DNA of 64,000 nt from a virus. Its lineage: Duplodnaviria > Caudoviricetes. The stretch lies in IMG/VR virus record IMGVR_UViG_3300014205_000003, positions 124,070 through 188,069 of that record; one strand, written 5' to 3'. The position numbers and the translations under genes were made by a program. Shown piece after piece: positions 41,312 through 54,145 of this stretch; positions within the stretch are counted from its first letter, which is position 1; each line of letters opens with the position of its first letter. A model generated the notes under the pieces. The model was not told where the DNA came from. It saw only the letters and a program-made list of their open reading frames with translations, and did no database searches.

Positions 41312-42856
41312 ATGGCCTTCGACGGCATTCTGGATTGTACCGATATGTCACCTAGCGCGGGTATGTTGGCCTGCGCAAAGTGGGGTCGCTTGCACCCCAA
41401 AGTAGGTGGAGCCTTGGTACTTCCCGGAACAAGGGAAGCACTTTGGGTCCACATAACGATGCCTCCCCCACAGGCAGATGGTGATCTCTGCGTAAGCTGG
41501 GACGTCGATACCAGCAATTTTGAGCTGTGGGGTAACGTAGATGTCAGCGAAGATGGAAAGGTCCAAGGGGATCTCCAGAGGAACGTCAAGTTCCTTCTTC
41601 CTGCCGTCCAACGTCGTATCGAAGATAGACGAATCGGAAAAGGCACCTCCTTGTTGATGGTAGGTAAGGCCCCTTATTGGGCGTATTGTCTGCTACTGGC
41701 AAGGGTGTGTCAAGCCGGTTGTGCAAAGGTGATGTGGTCGTATCGGAGTCAACAGTTGAGTTTTTGAGAAGGAGTTGTAACAATGCATAACATTTTAGTA
41801 GAGTTTGCGATAGCCCATTGTAATGGGTGGGTCTTTGTGAAAGACCTTGAATCGTTGAATGGCGCTGTGACCCTTAAAGCGAAAACGGTAAACCAAGACG
41901 GCCCAACCGTAGAAGCCTCGGGGCTCTTTTACCAGGACCAGTTGGTCTCAGAAAAAGCGGCCTGGTCCGCAACAGGGGTCGACGAGGAAGGGGAGCACGT
42001 GGAGTATTCGGGAAATTTTCAGTCGGGTTGGACAGGCGGGTGGGAGAACTTTCTTAGCTGCTGGCGGAATGGTAACATCAGAGATATCGCAGTTTCTTTC
42101 CCTGTGTAAATCTTTCATGCAGTTCTTGGGAGTCTGCAACAAAACTCCCTTTACGTCTTTTCGGTAGATTGGTGAGGAGTAGTGATGCGTGTCCTGGAAT
42201 AACTCCAGTGATTGCAACTTGACGGTTGCATGTTTAAGCAGATGATGTCCCTGTGGCATCTGTTTAACACACGTCCATGAGGGCTCAACGATCTACTGAG
42301 AAGATGTGCTCCTCCCCCAGAACAAGCTACGTCTGGGAACCGGAGGTCGAGTAGCAAGTCGTGTAAAAGAAAACGGAGAAAGCTCATGTATCAAGAAATC
42401 CAAAAGCGAATCACCGAGTCCATGTCTGACGCACTCACCAACATCGAAAAATTCACGAAGTCGGCTGAGGGGAGCGCTGCTCTGCAACCCTTGAGGACGG
42501 CGGTGAAAAGTATCTCGGGCGAAGCGGACCCCGTTAAAGCGTTTGAGTTGTGCAAAACGATCCGGTCCATTTGCTGGACCATTGAGAACAAGCTGAACGC
42601 AGTGGGGCCGACGCTGCCTACCCCGGCGAAGAGCACTGCCCGGTTCGCCCTGTCGTGGACCAAAGCTCTGCGTCAGGATGCGCAGACCCTCGGGGATGAG
42701 TTGGACATCGAGCTGCATCCGAAGAAATACGAGAAGGATGACTTCGTGCTGGTCGTTCCGAAGGGGCAAGAATCCGTCTTTGCGCAAAACATCGCGAAGA
42801 GGGTTGAGGCAGCGTTGGCTGCCAAGGAACTGCAACTTGCCGACGTCAACGGCTGA
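41312..42856 (+). CDS. Three GC-richer hypothetical genes (41312-41767, 41783-42109, 42386-42856)
   Basis: Strong RBS (AAGGAGG, AAGGAG, GGAG); separated by hairpin-rich spacers. Confidence 0.65.
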
Positions 42857-42918
42857 TGTAGAATGATGTAGAAGGATTCAGCTCAGCAGGCATATAGCCT
42901 CGCTGAGTTGATCCTTCG

Positions 42919-42970
42919 AGTCGGAATGCTAGGGGAACGATCTCCAAGCCTTCCGACTTTTTCTTTAGCT
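42919..42970 (+). terminator. Rho-independent terminator
   Basis: agtcggaa...ttccgact followed by ttttcttt. Confidence 0.6.
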
Positions 42971-42996
42971 AATACTGAACCTACAAGGAGAATCGC

Positions 42997-45900
42997 ATGC
43001 AACATCAAGGCTTATCAAGCATTCAATATGTCAAAGCCGCTTTGTGTTATTTTGTGGGTTTGAACAGCAACTTGTTGAATAGACGTTTTGATGACGCTAT
43101 TAAAGAAGAGTTTGGAGGCTTTTCTTTACCAGACGCATGGGAGACTTGTGCTCTTCAAGTGTATCCACGCGTTGTGGGTAAACTGATTCAAGAGCAACCA
43201 CGCGAATGGGACGACTGTCTGTTTCGCGCTCTGATGGACAGCTTTGAAGCACGCCATATGAGGGATAATAATGTCTAGTTTTTACAATATGGAGTATGTC
43301 TTTAACTGGTCCCCTAATCCGATTACACCTGACCAGTATATGCAGATGGCCTATATCAGACTGCTGACTAAAGCCTATATCGGAAGTAACGGAGGCGTCT
43401 CTGGAACCTTTCGTAAACATCTGAGAGACTTTCCATCTCTGCAGAATGTTGAAAAGATGGAACAAATTCGACACTTCCTCGGACACATGATTTACAAGCA
43501 TCCTCGCATCTGGGAAAAGTTTTTGAAAGAAAGTATGGAATGGGTGCCTTAATGAAAGACTCACATTGGTTAGGTCTTATAGGTATTGTGAGAGTTCCTG
43601 AGGAGTCAAAAGATGCTGGTCCTATGTACCGTGTAGCTTGTGTCTTGCTGTCCAGCATATATGGACCTCTGCTTGTAAAGGACCTACTTGTCAATGTTGG
43701 GAAGTATAACAGACGAGCATATGAGGTCCATACGTACAACGGAGAGTACTTAGGAAGCTTTCAAGGACTGTCACGTTGCAGAAGGCTACTCACTATGACA
43801 ACTTTTATGCGGGTTAGAGCGTCTAACACGTTCTACAGTGTTAAACAGCATCTCAATTACTTTTATCCATCGGATCAGGACCGCATACGTGCGTGCTACT
43901 CCATGAGTCAGCTATGAACCAAAAGAATGATGAGAACTACCTATATGTTACAGGATTGTGCAGAGTCCTCCCCAAGTATATCCCCATCCACATAGGCATC
44001 TGGTACTTGAACAGCTGCTTGCTCTCCGCTGTCTACGGCCCTCTAGGGGTCTGGTACAGAACTGGGGAATATGAGAATATGTGGGAGCTCTTCGACTGGG
44101 ACGGCAACGGCAAGCACTACTTGAAGGATTTGCACACTTGCCGATGGATGGTAAGTAAGAACATTGAACGGCATGTTCTTGCACATCACGTAAATGGTAA
44201 AGGTAACTCACTTGCTATGTCAGAGTGGGTACACGTTTTCTCAGAAGATGATCAGCTTCTCATCAGGAGTTGTGACAGAATTCGTAACCTCTAGGAGGAT
44301 CTAGTGAAAACACTGCTTAAGTTCTTTTGTCTCATATTATCTATTCCCTTTCTCATTTTGGGTTTAGGTGTAATCTTTGTTGCGGCAGCTTGGAAGCTCT
44401 TAACAGGTAAAGGAGAATAATGATGAACGGTAAAGGTGATTCTGTCCGTCCTATGGACAAACGTAAATATGACAAGGAGTTCGATAGGATCTTCCGAAAG
44501 ACGAAAGCTGTTGAAGAGACTCCGCAGTTTGTACATGATTGTAAGCACTGCAAATTCCTAGGACGCTTTAAAGAGGGCGATAAGGTTTTACTGTGCGCTG
44601 GAGAGAGCGGTGACTATGATTTGTATTTCTGCAAAGACGGCAATAGGAATCTCTCTTCAGTCATAGCTAGATACGGAGATGATCCTTCCAGTTATATCAG
44701 TGGTTTGCATGGAAGTCAATTCTCACCGTGTCTTGCAGAGGGTGTCAAGCGAGCCTTCACTAAAGGTTATTTGAAATTTGAGGAGTGTCCGTGAACTCTC
44801 GCTGGCTCTGGAAGAACATTCGTCTTCGCTTTATCTACTATTTGAGGAAGTTCTACATAGCATTGTGGATCTGTCCAGAGTGCTACAGCAGACTCAACGA
44901 AACAACTGCAGGGCGAAAGCACTGCATCCTTTGCGGAAAGGTTAAGAGCTAAGCATGAACAATAAAGCTGAATGGTTTGCAGTGGCTCTGATAGCAACAA
45001 TCGTCTGTTGGGCAGTACTGGGTGTTCCCCTCATCTGTGTCTATGCTAAGTATGTCGATGGCAGAGAAGTTAAGACAGCTCTGGCTAAGCCTGCGCAAGG
45101 TCCTCGAACAGTTGTTAGTCGTCAGTTAGAGTCCTCTTGGGGTGTTGGTCCTAAAGGTGTGAACGTCACGTGTTATCTGGATGCCCCTACAGGCAATCAG
45201 ATATTCATTATTGACATCAATGGGGGCAACATAGAAAAGTCTTCCGTATACGTGCAGATCCTTCCCCCAAGCACTCTGGAGAAATAATGACCACTTGTCC
45301 AACTTGTCATCAGCCCATAACTTCTATCAACACTGAAGAAGGGGTTGCGAAGTATCTCAATGATATGAACGTCCATGTTGACGGACCTTCCCAGCAAGAA
45401 GTTGCTCAGGCGAGGTTCAACAGGGATCTTGCCGTTGGCAAAAGTGTCGTTGAGGTTCCTGCAAATGTTACTATCCCTACTAAGACACGGGGAGATGTTG
45501 TTGCAGGAGCGATGATGGGTTTAGTAGTTATAATCTGGCTTATCGCTATGGGGATTGTTGTAATCACTCACAAGGAACATAAAGGATTCCTATGAGTCAA
45601 ACCATTTGGAAATATCAACTACAGGTTACTACAGACTTGAAGTTGCCTGCAGGTTCTCGAGTCTTATCTGTAGGCAATCAGGAAGAGCGAGTAGTTTTAT
45701 GGGCTATGATTGATCCCAAGAGCTCGAAGATTCGTACTCGCAGGTTTCGGATATATCTCACAGGAGAAGAGTTTAACGGAGATCCTGGGATCTTTATAGG
45801 AACGGTTCAGCTCAAAGATCAGATGGACGAGACTAAACAGTTTGTCTGTCACGTCTTCGAAACTCTTTGACGATGATGGACGATTATAGGCTTGAGTTTT

Positions 45901-46238
45901 GGGTGATAGAGAAACCGATTCCTGTATTTATAAAAGGCTCTAAAACGGTTTTTAGAGCGTTTGTCTACATTCCTGAGAAAGGTATCTTTGGGATCTGGTC
46001 TGGATACGGAGACAACACCTCTCCAAGATTCACAACAGCTTCAGGCGAAGCTCTTGAAATCTTGTTTGGAGATAAAGGTATAATTGCGTATGAATTTCAG
46101 ATACGTGAATACTTTCGAGGTTCCCAACAAGATACACGTTATATCAGTTATCCTCCATTCAGCGCAATATACGACAAGCTGAACGATCCTATCCTTGTAG
46201 AAAAAGTACGAGCCCTCGTATCCATTCACAATCTGTAA
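42997..46238 (+). CDS. Run of small hypothetical proteins, some with TM/signal segments (44955-45287, 45287-45595)
   Basis: ORF track; hydrophobic stretches. Confidence 0.6.
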
Positions 46239-46255
46239 ACCAACAGGAAACACAC

Positions 46256-47908
46256 ATGAAAGTTACTATGCCCTCTATCTGTAACTGCAAGCACACTGCA
46301 CCTGCCTTCGACGATGGTTTTGACAAGTACCTTGAACTCCTCTCCACCACTGCTAAGATGTGGCTCACAGAACATCCTTCAGGACTCTTCACCACCAAAG
46401 CTTCCGAGAACGATCTCTTCGCACTATATCTGCGAAACATCAAAGTCGAGGTGCGTCAAACTTATAATTGCAATGCTTGCCGTCACTTCGTAAATCGCTT
46501 CGGCGGTTTGGTTGTGATCGACGAGCTGACCGGCAAAACTTTCAGTCCCTTCTGGACCGCTCCTGCTACCAGTGTTCCTGTGACTCTGCGAAAGGCTTTC
46601 CAAGCGCTCGCACAGAAAGTGGCTAAGAGCCCTGTGACAGGTGTCTTCTATCCTGCCACGTCTGTTATCGGAGAACCATTCACAGGCACGTGGAAGCACC
46701 TCTCCTGCAGGTTTCCTGCCGCGTATATCAAGTCTCTCCCAGAGTCCCGCCTTCAGACGAATGAACAGATTGCATCGGGGAAGAAAGAGGATTTCCGCAT
46801 CCTGAAAGAGTCGCGAAAGGCTTATTCTCTCAAGACGGTGCGTCAAGCTGTTACGCTGCTTCGTACAGATTCCTTGAACCGTTCTGAGAAGTTCATCGAC
46901 ATTGCTAAGTGGTTCGAGGAGATTCAAGACACTTCGTTTGAAGGTACCGCTGGGAACAACATGCTCTGGTGTCGCGTAGTGAAAGCTCCTAAGGGCTTCT
47001 GTCACATCAAGAGCAGCATGATCGGGACTCTGCTGGACGATTTGGAAGCAGGCCTTCCGCTGGAAGTTGTGAAGCGCAAGTTCGCTGAGAAGACTCAGGG
47101 CGATGTCTACATGCGTCCTCAAGCTCTTCCTGATGCAGGTAATGTTAAGCGTGCTGAGCAGATCTTTGAGAAGCTCGGACTGGAAGAAGCGCTGCATCGA
47201 CGCTATGCCACTCTGGACGAATGTGAAGTGCTGTGGAAGTCTTTTGTGCCTAAGAGCAAGCAGCCTTCCAGTGGCATCTTCGCAAGCGTGCCTGTCAAGC
47301 AGAAGGTTGAACAGACTCCTCTGAAAGATCGTACGCCGATTGTCATGACGTGGGAGAAGTTCACTCGAACGGTTCTGCCGACCGCAGAGAAGATTCAGTT
47401 GATGGTTCCGGGTGGACAAGCTTCCTTTGGTGCCTATGTGACTGCTGAGAATCCTTTTGCTCCTCCGCTGTTGCAGTGGGACAGCGAGAAGAGTCGCAAT
47501 CAGACTTCGTGGTATGTATATCATATGGGGTCGCTGGCAACAAACTGGAATCTTCAGCCTTATATGCTCGTCAATGTCTTGGGGATTTCTCCTGGACCGC
47601 ACATGTGGGAGGCCAGCAAGGTCAACGGAGACTTCTCTCGCCATGCTAAGGGTGCTTTGCTGATTCTGGAAGGCGCTCGAGACCTTCGTGCAGCTGATTG
47701 CGGCCTTGCTATCTTCCCTGAGACTCTTCGTGGCGACTTGCACGAAGTACGCTCAACCATCGAAGCCTATTCCCGCAAAGGTACTCTGGGACAGCCTTTT
47801 GATCAGCATGCTGCTGGATTGTTGCTGAGTGATAAGAACGCTGTTGCAGAGTTGCATGTGACAAGCGGCGGTGTTCAGCAGACGTACAAGATCGATCGTT
47901 GGGACTAA
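46256..47908 (+). CDS. 550-aa phage protein of unknown function
   Basis: RQTYNCNACRHF motif; strong codon bias and RBS. Confidence 0.7.
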   Translation: MKVTMPSICNCKHTAPAFDDGFDKYLELLSTTAKMWLTEHPSGLFTTKASENDLFALYLRNIKVEVRQTYNCNACRHFVNRFGGLVVIDELTGKTFSPFWTAPATSVPVTLRKAFQALAQKVAKSPVTGVFYPATSVIGEPFTGTWKHLSCRFPAAYIKSLPESRLQTNEQIASGKKEDFRILKESRKAYSLKTVRQAVTLLRTDSLNRSEKFIDIAKWFEEIQDTSFEGTAGNNMLWCRVVKAPKGFCHIKSSMIGTLLDDLEAGLPLEVVKRKFAEKTQGDVYMRPQALPDAGNVKRAEQIFEKLGLEEALHRRYATLDECEVLWKSFVPKSKQPSSGIFASVPVKQKVEQTPLKDRTPIVMTWEKFTRTVLPTAEKIQLMVPGGQASFGAYVTAENPFAPPLLQWDSEKSRNQTSWYVYHMGSLATNWNLQPYMLVNVLGISPGPHMWEASKVNGDFSRHAKGALLILEGARDLRAADCGLAIFPETLRGDLHEVRSTIEAYSRKGTLGQPFDQHAAGLLLSDKNAVAELHVTSGGVQQTYKIDRWD

Positions 47909-47971
47909 ATACACAAACACGAAGTACAGGGAGGCCTAAGAAACCTCTCTGCACTTCAAAGGAGACTTCAT

Positions 47972-49595
47972 ATGGATGTCAGTGTATACGAATTGAAACG
48001 CGAGGCTCCTGTGCGTCCACAAAAACCCTTGATGCACTCGTGGGTTTCTGCTGCTGAGTGTCAAGTCTTTGCCGATGCTGCAAAACGCTACGTGGAAGAA
48101 AAGGCTGTCTACGACGCCATAGTAAAGAACCAGCAAGCTATTCAAAGAGCTATGCATATCCAGTTCAAAGCAGATGCTCTCGAAGAGGTCGGCTTGCAGC
48201 ATCACAAGAACGCTGACAAGCTTTTCAACTATGCTTGGGATCAGAGTCACAGCGAAGGGCTTTACTCCGTATTTAACACGCTGGAAAACCTTGCTGACTT
48301 GGTGCTCTGATGGATCTTCAGTTCTTCTGGCTGGATACACCAATTGTATTTGATGATCCTATTTGGAAGACACTTTTGATGAGTAGTAAGGATCGCATTG
48401 AGTGTCTAGGATTTGTTGCAACGCCCAGTAAACAACTATTCAGTATCTGGCCACACAACGGTTGGGCGAGACCTACTGAGAAACGCCACAAGTTTCTGTG
48501 GGTGATTACAGCAGCTGGAGGGCTTCTAAGAGATTCTTTGGCAGGAGACACAATGGAGCTTAAAGAAAATAACATCCGAGGGATGTTTGACGAACTCCGT
48601 GGAGATTTGCATGCACCATTAAGCGTTCCGCGTAGACCCTCATTTGCGGACTTGCGTAAGACAGAAATAGGAGATTATCTGAGATGTCTTCAGGTACTGG
48701 TGGAGCTATGAGACGAACATTTACGTGTGTAATGTGCGAGAAGTCAAAGTTTATCAAAGGGTCTTGGCACCTCTCTTCCCTACACGGCTTTCCTGACTTC
48801 CACGGACAGATCTGTGCTAAGTGCTACGATGATGTCTACTGTGCCACAAAGCCCATTAACTGGAAACAAGACATCCGAGAGTACATACCCAGCCATCCTC
48901 GAAGATTCAAGAACAGACAACTGAAGTGGAAAGTGAAGCAATTGATAAAGGAGCTGTAAATGGATGATCCAAATTATTGCGTGCTTTGTGACAAAGGAAA
49001 ACACCTGTGTGAAATGTCAGTTGGTAAAGTTGGGGGTCATGTAGGTTTTAAAGATCTTTGTGGCTTTATTTGTAAAAGCTGTGAAGAAGCGATTTGGCAT
49101 GATTCAATAATTGTTACAGATCCCTTGACAGGTAAAGAAAGAGGACAGTGGATTCCTAAGTATCCAAGAAGATACAAGGTAAGGCTTCTTCGCTGGAGGG
49201 CGAAGCAAGTACTAAAGGAGCTGTAAATGCCTAGTCAGTATGTCTGGTTGGACTTCCCTATCTACATACCCTTTCGAGGCAAACAAAAAGCCTTTAGGGG
49301 TTACACATACGATGACAAAGGTCTTCTCTTGATGTGGTGGCACGAAGCCGGATATATCTCCAGATTCATACTGTTTTCCGATGTATCTGGAAAAGAGGTA
49401 GATTGTTCTTCACGGTTCCGAGAAGATGAACAGACTGCAGTAGACATGCAAGGTCTCTGCGATTCTGTTTTTCTACATCTGAGGTGTATGGGAGCAAATG
49501 TGGAGCAGGGTCTACCTACGCTGAGAGAGCTGTACCCGCTACTAGAACAGGAGCTTGCAGACAAACTGAGAACGCTTAACGTCATCTGTAGTTAA
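47972..49595 (+). CDS. Small hypothetical proteins, including paralogs 48708-48959 and 48960-49226
   Basis: CV.C.K...F.D..G.IC..C...IP..PRR.K.R.L.W...KEL in both. Confidence 0.65.
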
Positions 49596-49605
49596 TAAAG
49601 GAACT

Positions 49606-50112
49606 ATGATACACTCACTAACAATTTGTGACTTAGACGACATTGATCAGATAGAGCTCGCAGAGCTGATTGCGCACATTGTCCACAAAGGACAGTTCCG
49701 CAGAGACGGACAGACTCCGTATGTAGAACACCCTGAAGCAGTGTGTGATCTGCTTTATGATCTTGTCTATGACTACGGATTTACAGAAGCTGAAATAGAC
49801 GAAGCCTGCGCTGTTGCACTCCTTCACGATGTCTTGGAAGACGCTACGTGTGTAGACTTCACCTACAAGACGCTGCTTGCACTCGGAGTGTCCAGCAACA
49901 TTGTAGTTGCTGTCGTTCTGCTGACTAAGACCAAGGAAGAGTCCTATCAGAGATATTTAGAGCAGATGTGCTCTAACAAGCTTGCGCTGATTGTGAAGAT
50001 TGCAGACATCACACACAACCTGAGTGATTCTCCTAAGGCTCTGACAGTTCCTCGATATCAGAAAGCCCTTGTCTTTCTCAAGGAGAAGCTAAGTGCACTC
50101 CAACTGGCCTGA
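49606..50112 (+). CDS. HD-domain (p)ppGpp hydrolase-like protein (small alarmone hydrolase/Mesh1 type)
   Basis: HKGQFRRDG.TPYVEHP, ALLHDVLED, LLTK, VKIAD..HN. Confidence 0.85.
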   Translation: MIHSLTICDLDDIDQIELAELIAHIVHKGQFRRDGQTPYVEHPEAVCDLLYDLVYDYGFTEAEIDEACAVALLHDVLEDATCVDFTYKTLLALGVSSNIVVAVVLLTKTKEESYQRYLEQMCSNKLALIVKIADITHNLSDSPKALTVPRYQKALVFLKEKLSALQLA

Positions 50113-50368
50113 CATCGTTAATGGCTGTTTCGAGCTCTTAGGAGGAGTCCTCTGCTGGTTCAATGTCTACAGACTACAGAAGGACAAGCAGGTTAAGGGG
50201 GTCTGCTGGAGCGTTCAAGCTTTCTTTACATCCTGGTCAGCCTGGAATCTTGCCTTCTATGGCGTGTTGCAAATGCCTCTGTCTCTTATAGGGGCAATCC
50301 TACTAGGCTCTGGAAACGGAGCTTGGTGCGTCTTAGCGTTGTACTACAAAAGGAAACAATTGAAATGA
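50093..50368 (+). CDS. Small 3-TM membrane protein (PQ-loop/SemiSWEET-like)
   Basis: Three hydrophobic helices with a K.VKGV loop. Confidence 0.5.
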   Translation: MHSNWPDIVNGCFELLGGVLCWFNVYRLQKDKQVKGVCWSVQAFFTSWSAWNLAFYGVLQMPLSLIGAILLGSGNGAWCVLALYYKRKQLK

Positions 50369-51394
50369 AGACGAAAGAAGAATTGTTGCAATCGGGTCGC
50401 AAGTTTACGATCTGGCCTTGGGACAACAACGATGTTCATTACATTGTGGTCACTCAGGTTCCGGGCAAGCTTCCCGCCATTGAAACGATGGCTCAGTACA
50501 TGGGGATCTTTCAGGGGGATCAGTACATTCAGGCTCTCAGTGTGGCTATCAGTAAAGCGGAAGACTGGACTAAACAACCAGATTTCAAGTGTGCTCCTTG
50601 GAGGCCCTTGCCTGATCAACCGTTCTTTTTTGTCTGTAGCTCAGGCACAGTAGAATTTAGTGTCTCTGGAAGTTTCTCAAGGTCTTTAGAGCAAGTCGGA
50701 AACTGCTTCCAGACTCGTGAAGAGGCTGAGAAAATCGCTCCCAAGTTCTTGGAACTGTTCAAGAAGAATAAGTAACTGTGGTTCCTTATGACGTTAAGCA
50801 ACGGGTTGACGGTTCTCGTGTATATAACCTGTGGACCAACTAAGAAGCCATCTTGTGTAGTAGTTGAAGCTTTCAAAGATCAGCCTGTACGCATTAGGCT
50901 TCAGTCGTCTGCTCTTAGGAGCATAGATGAATCCATCACCACAATGGCTTGCTTCCAATTCGCATCAAGCAAAGCAGAAGATATACAAAGAGCACGTGCT
51001 CTTGAAGATTTTCACACAATAAAGGAAAAGCATGTTCGCGCCTGACTACCTTAAGTCTCGTCCACCAGTCAACGAAGGCTGCAAGGCCACTTGGCTGGAC
51101 GCTCAAAGTGGAGAACTGCTTGAGCGACTCCTAGAAGACCACTGCAAGAAGCAGATTGACTTGGAACTAGCTTGTTATAATCAAGAAGTTGTTGCGGACA
51201 TCGTAATCAAGTTTGATCCACGTTCTACTGATCCTCGAGCTGATGCACTCTCTTGTGGTCTGAGGAAGCATCCGAAGGCTCTGGAGCATGTTGCTCAGCT
51301 TGCACGTCAAGATGGTTGGAAGGTGATGACCTTCAACTGTGGTGACACTTGGATGATTACGTTTCGAGTTCCTGAAGATATTCGAAAGAGCTGA

Positions 51395-51650
51395 CGTTAC
51401 ATTAAACAGCGTAAGTGTTGGAAAACTCTGCTGACAAGTGGTGTAGCGCCCTAATAGATAAACGTTGATTACAGAGCGCGAGGCGAACATTTCGAGAATC
51501 AACCTCGAATGTGGCGTGTTCGAAGGCAGTAGAGAGATCTGACAAGGTGTAAGACGCTTATGAGAGACAAGCCTACGTATACCTAGGTCGGTCTTGAGGG
51601 CGGTCACGCTACTGGGCGAAGGTCGGGGCCACAGTAGCTTCCTTTTCTCC
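51395..51650 (+). ncRNA. Candidate structured intergenic RNA
   Basis: About 250 nt non-coding with several complementary segments. Confidence 0.3.
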
Positions 51651-51654
51651 AAAC

Positions 51655-51666
51655 GCACATCTGTGC
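51655..51666. repeat. Palindrome copy 7 (intergenic)
   Basis: aaacGCACATCTGTGCactt. Confidence 0.85.
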
Positions 51667-51698
51667 ACTTCTTTCTCTACACTCAACAAGGGATTACT

Positions 51699-54103
51699 AT
51701 GTCTCTAGACATCTGGCTTAACGATGAATCTGGTAATTGTGTCTTTGACAGAAACATTACGCACAACCTTGGATATATGGCTAAAGCCGCTGGAATCTAC
51801 GAAGTGCTTTGGCATCCTGACAGCATCAACATTACGAAAGCTTCGCAGATCACTCCCATTCTGGAGAATGGTCTGATGGACATGATCAAGTATCCTGAGA
51901 AGTACGAGATCTACAATGCTGCGAATGGTTGGGGCATGTACGAACACTTTGTTCCGTTCTGCATTGCTGTCCTGCAAGCCTGCGTCAAGTATCCTAACGC
52001 AACTGTCAAAACAAGTACATAAGGAACACAAACATGCATAAAGTAAAACGTACTGAACGTGGTTGGCCTGGACACTTTATCTGTGCTGACCAGTGCATCT
52101 TTCGTCGTAATACTCTGCTGGAGTGCGGGGATACCCGAATAGTCGTGTCCACTGTTGGAGGGATGAGGGACTCCAATGATACATATACAGGCATCGCTGG
52201 ACATTTCGCTGAGACCTTGTGCTTCCATGCAGAGCGGGTAAGTGGTCTTTACTGGGACGCTGATGTGTCGAGACAGTTATCCGTAGGCTGTGGACGTACT
52301 GGAGAGGGCTGTGATGTTGATTCTGACATGCTTGCCAACAACGCACACGAAGCAACTGTTGCGGAACTTACCAAACTCTTGAAAGCAGGAGAAGTGCTCT
52401 AAGATGAATCCTCGCAAATATCTCAATCGTCTTTCACAGCCTGCTCCGAGTTACATGAAATTCTTCAAGCGCTTTAAACTGTTTCATTGGTTGTCGGGGC
52501 GTGTGAAGTTGAAAGCTAACTTCGTCTACAACCAGTATCGATTTTTGAAGGCAGGCATTCGTAACAGTGTCTGCATTGACCCAGCGGCTCTTCAAGCATG
52601 GGACAGCTTCTACGCATGAAACACCACAAACTGAAGCACATGTGGAAAAAGAAAACGCAATACTACAAACAGCAACGAAAGATTCGTATCCGCATTGGCT
52701 TATGGCATACGTTCAGACTCTGTCTGCAGCTGACGCAAACGCTCTGTTTCGATTCCTCATTTGCGGAGCAGTGATGTGCCTTAGTGTAGATGTTCTTGCG
52801 TGGATAACGAAGCACGACGAGAAACAAGGAAATATGCAATGACTGCTAAAGCTGCTTGGGCACGCGACAAGAAACGCTGTGCCAACTATGTCAGGTTTCA
52901 AACTACAATGATCAGGCAGTGTTCTGTAGAAGATACTCCTAACATTGCGTACATCCGCGATCAGTACAAACTCTTGCAAGCTGGTGTGCGAAAGCACGTC
53001 ATTTCCTATCTTGCAGAGTCTGCGTGGATACTTGCTGGAGGAGAATGGTGATGAAAAGCTATCAACTGTATTCACTTGCCGCTATTGTTTTAGCAACTCC
53101 CCACATACCTAAATGGTTTGCAATTTCTTTAGGGGCGGTCTATGCTGTGTTGTCCGTACTTGATTGGTGTGTTGATTCCCCTCTCAAGAAATAACTACAA
53201 CAAAGGGATTACATATGTCTGAAGTGACCAAACAGCAAATTGTAAAAGCTCAAGCTCAAGTACTTGATCGCGGAGAACGAGACGATACTCCTATCTATAC
53301 CTATCTCGAGCTCCTCGAAGATTACGCACATGTTCCCCATGTCTGGAAGAAAACCTTCAAGAAACCTGAAGGATACGAAGGCCTTACAGAGCTTGCAGAA
53401 CAGCTTGAAGGCATGGAAGTCCCCACTGCCATCAAGTGGATGCTTGCTCAGAAGTTCATTGATCGTGACGATGAAGGTCTCGTTGTTATGCATGATCACT
53501 GGACAGGTCTGGGCAAAGAGATCCATGAAACGGTCTTTGACATGCACCAAGAGTCTTGGCACGAGTGTACCAAGGTGTACTTGCCTCGTGTCCTTACAGA
53601 CATCATCAAAGGTGTCTGGGCTCTGCAGAGGTCTACTCAGAAGAGTCGAAAGATTCTCAGCCAGTTGTCCAAGAGGGCATCTGTCTAATGAGTGAACAAG
53701 AGTCACCCACTTGCACAGGGTGTCAACACCTCATTGTAGCAGGTACAAAACACACCTGTGACTTGTGGAGGAAACTCCTGAGGAAGAAGGAATGCGGCGA
53801 AGCAATAAAACTGAAGGACTGCGAAGGTCCTTTCAATGTACGGAAGCAGAGAGCTCAATGGTAGATAATAAAGGCTGTCGCTTCTTCGTTGCAGTAGAGC
53901 AACCGGAACATGATTACATCACTATGGGAAAGAAGATGTATTTCTCTTTTGAAGAAGCTTGTGCAGATCCTACTTGTAACATGATTTATGGTTTTAATTG
54001 GGAAGGCGTTCTGCAGAAAGCATGGGAGTATACTTCTTTCAATGGTTGCACAGGGCGAAAGCAGTCTGATCCGACGGGGTCATATGAATCTATCGGCTTT
54101 TAA
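51699..54103 (+). CDS. Run of small hypothetical proteins (51699-52022, 52034-52402, 52404-52619, 52839-53051, 53215-53688 and others)
   Basis: ORFs with RBS; 52404 and 52839 share QY..L.AG.R. Confidence 0.6.
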
Positions 54104-54145
54104 CTAACTCACATACTACTCAAACACACTCATAAAGGAATCTAA

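Noticed and set aside
40838-42260. TGGCATC..TAAC as a phage-specific promoter
   Set aside because: Only three loose copies with variable spacing, one inside a hairpin; insufficient support
46424-47743. Long minus-strand ORFs (439 aa here; also 5403-6551 and 54152-54862)
   Set aside because: Antisense shadows of strongly codon-biased + strand genes; no RBS or recognisable motifs
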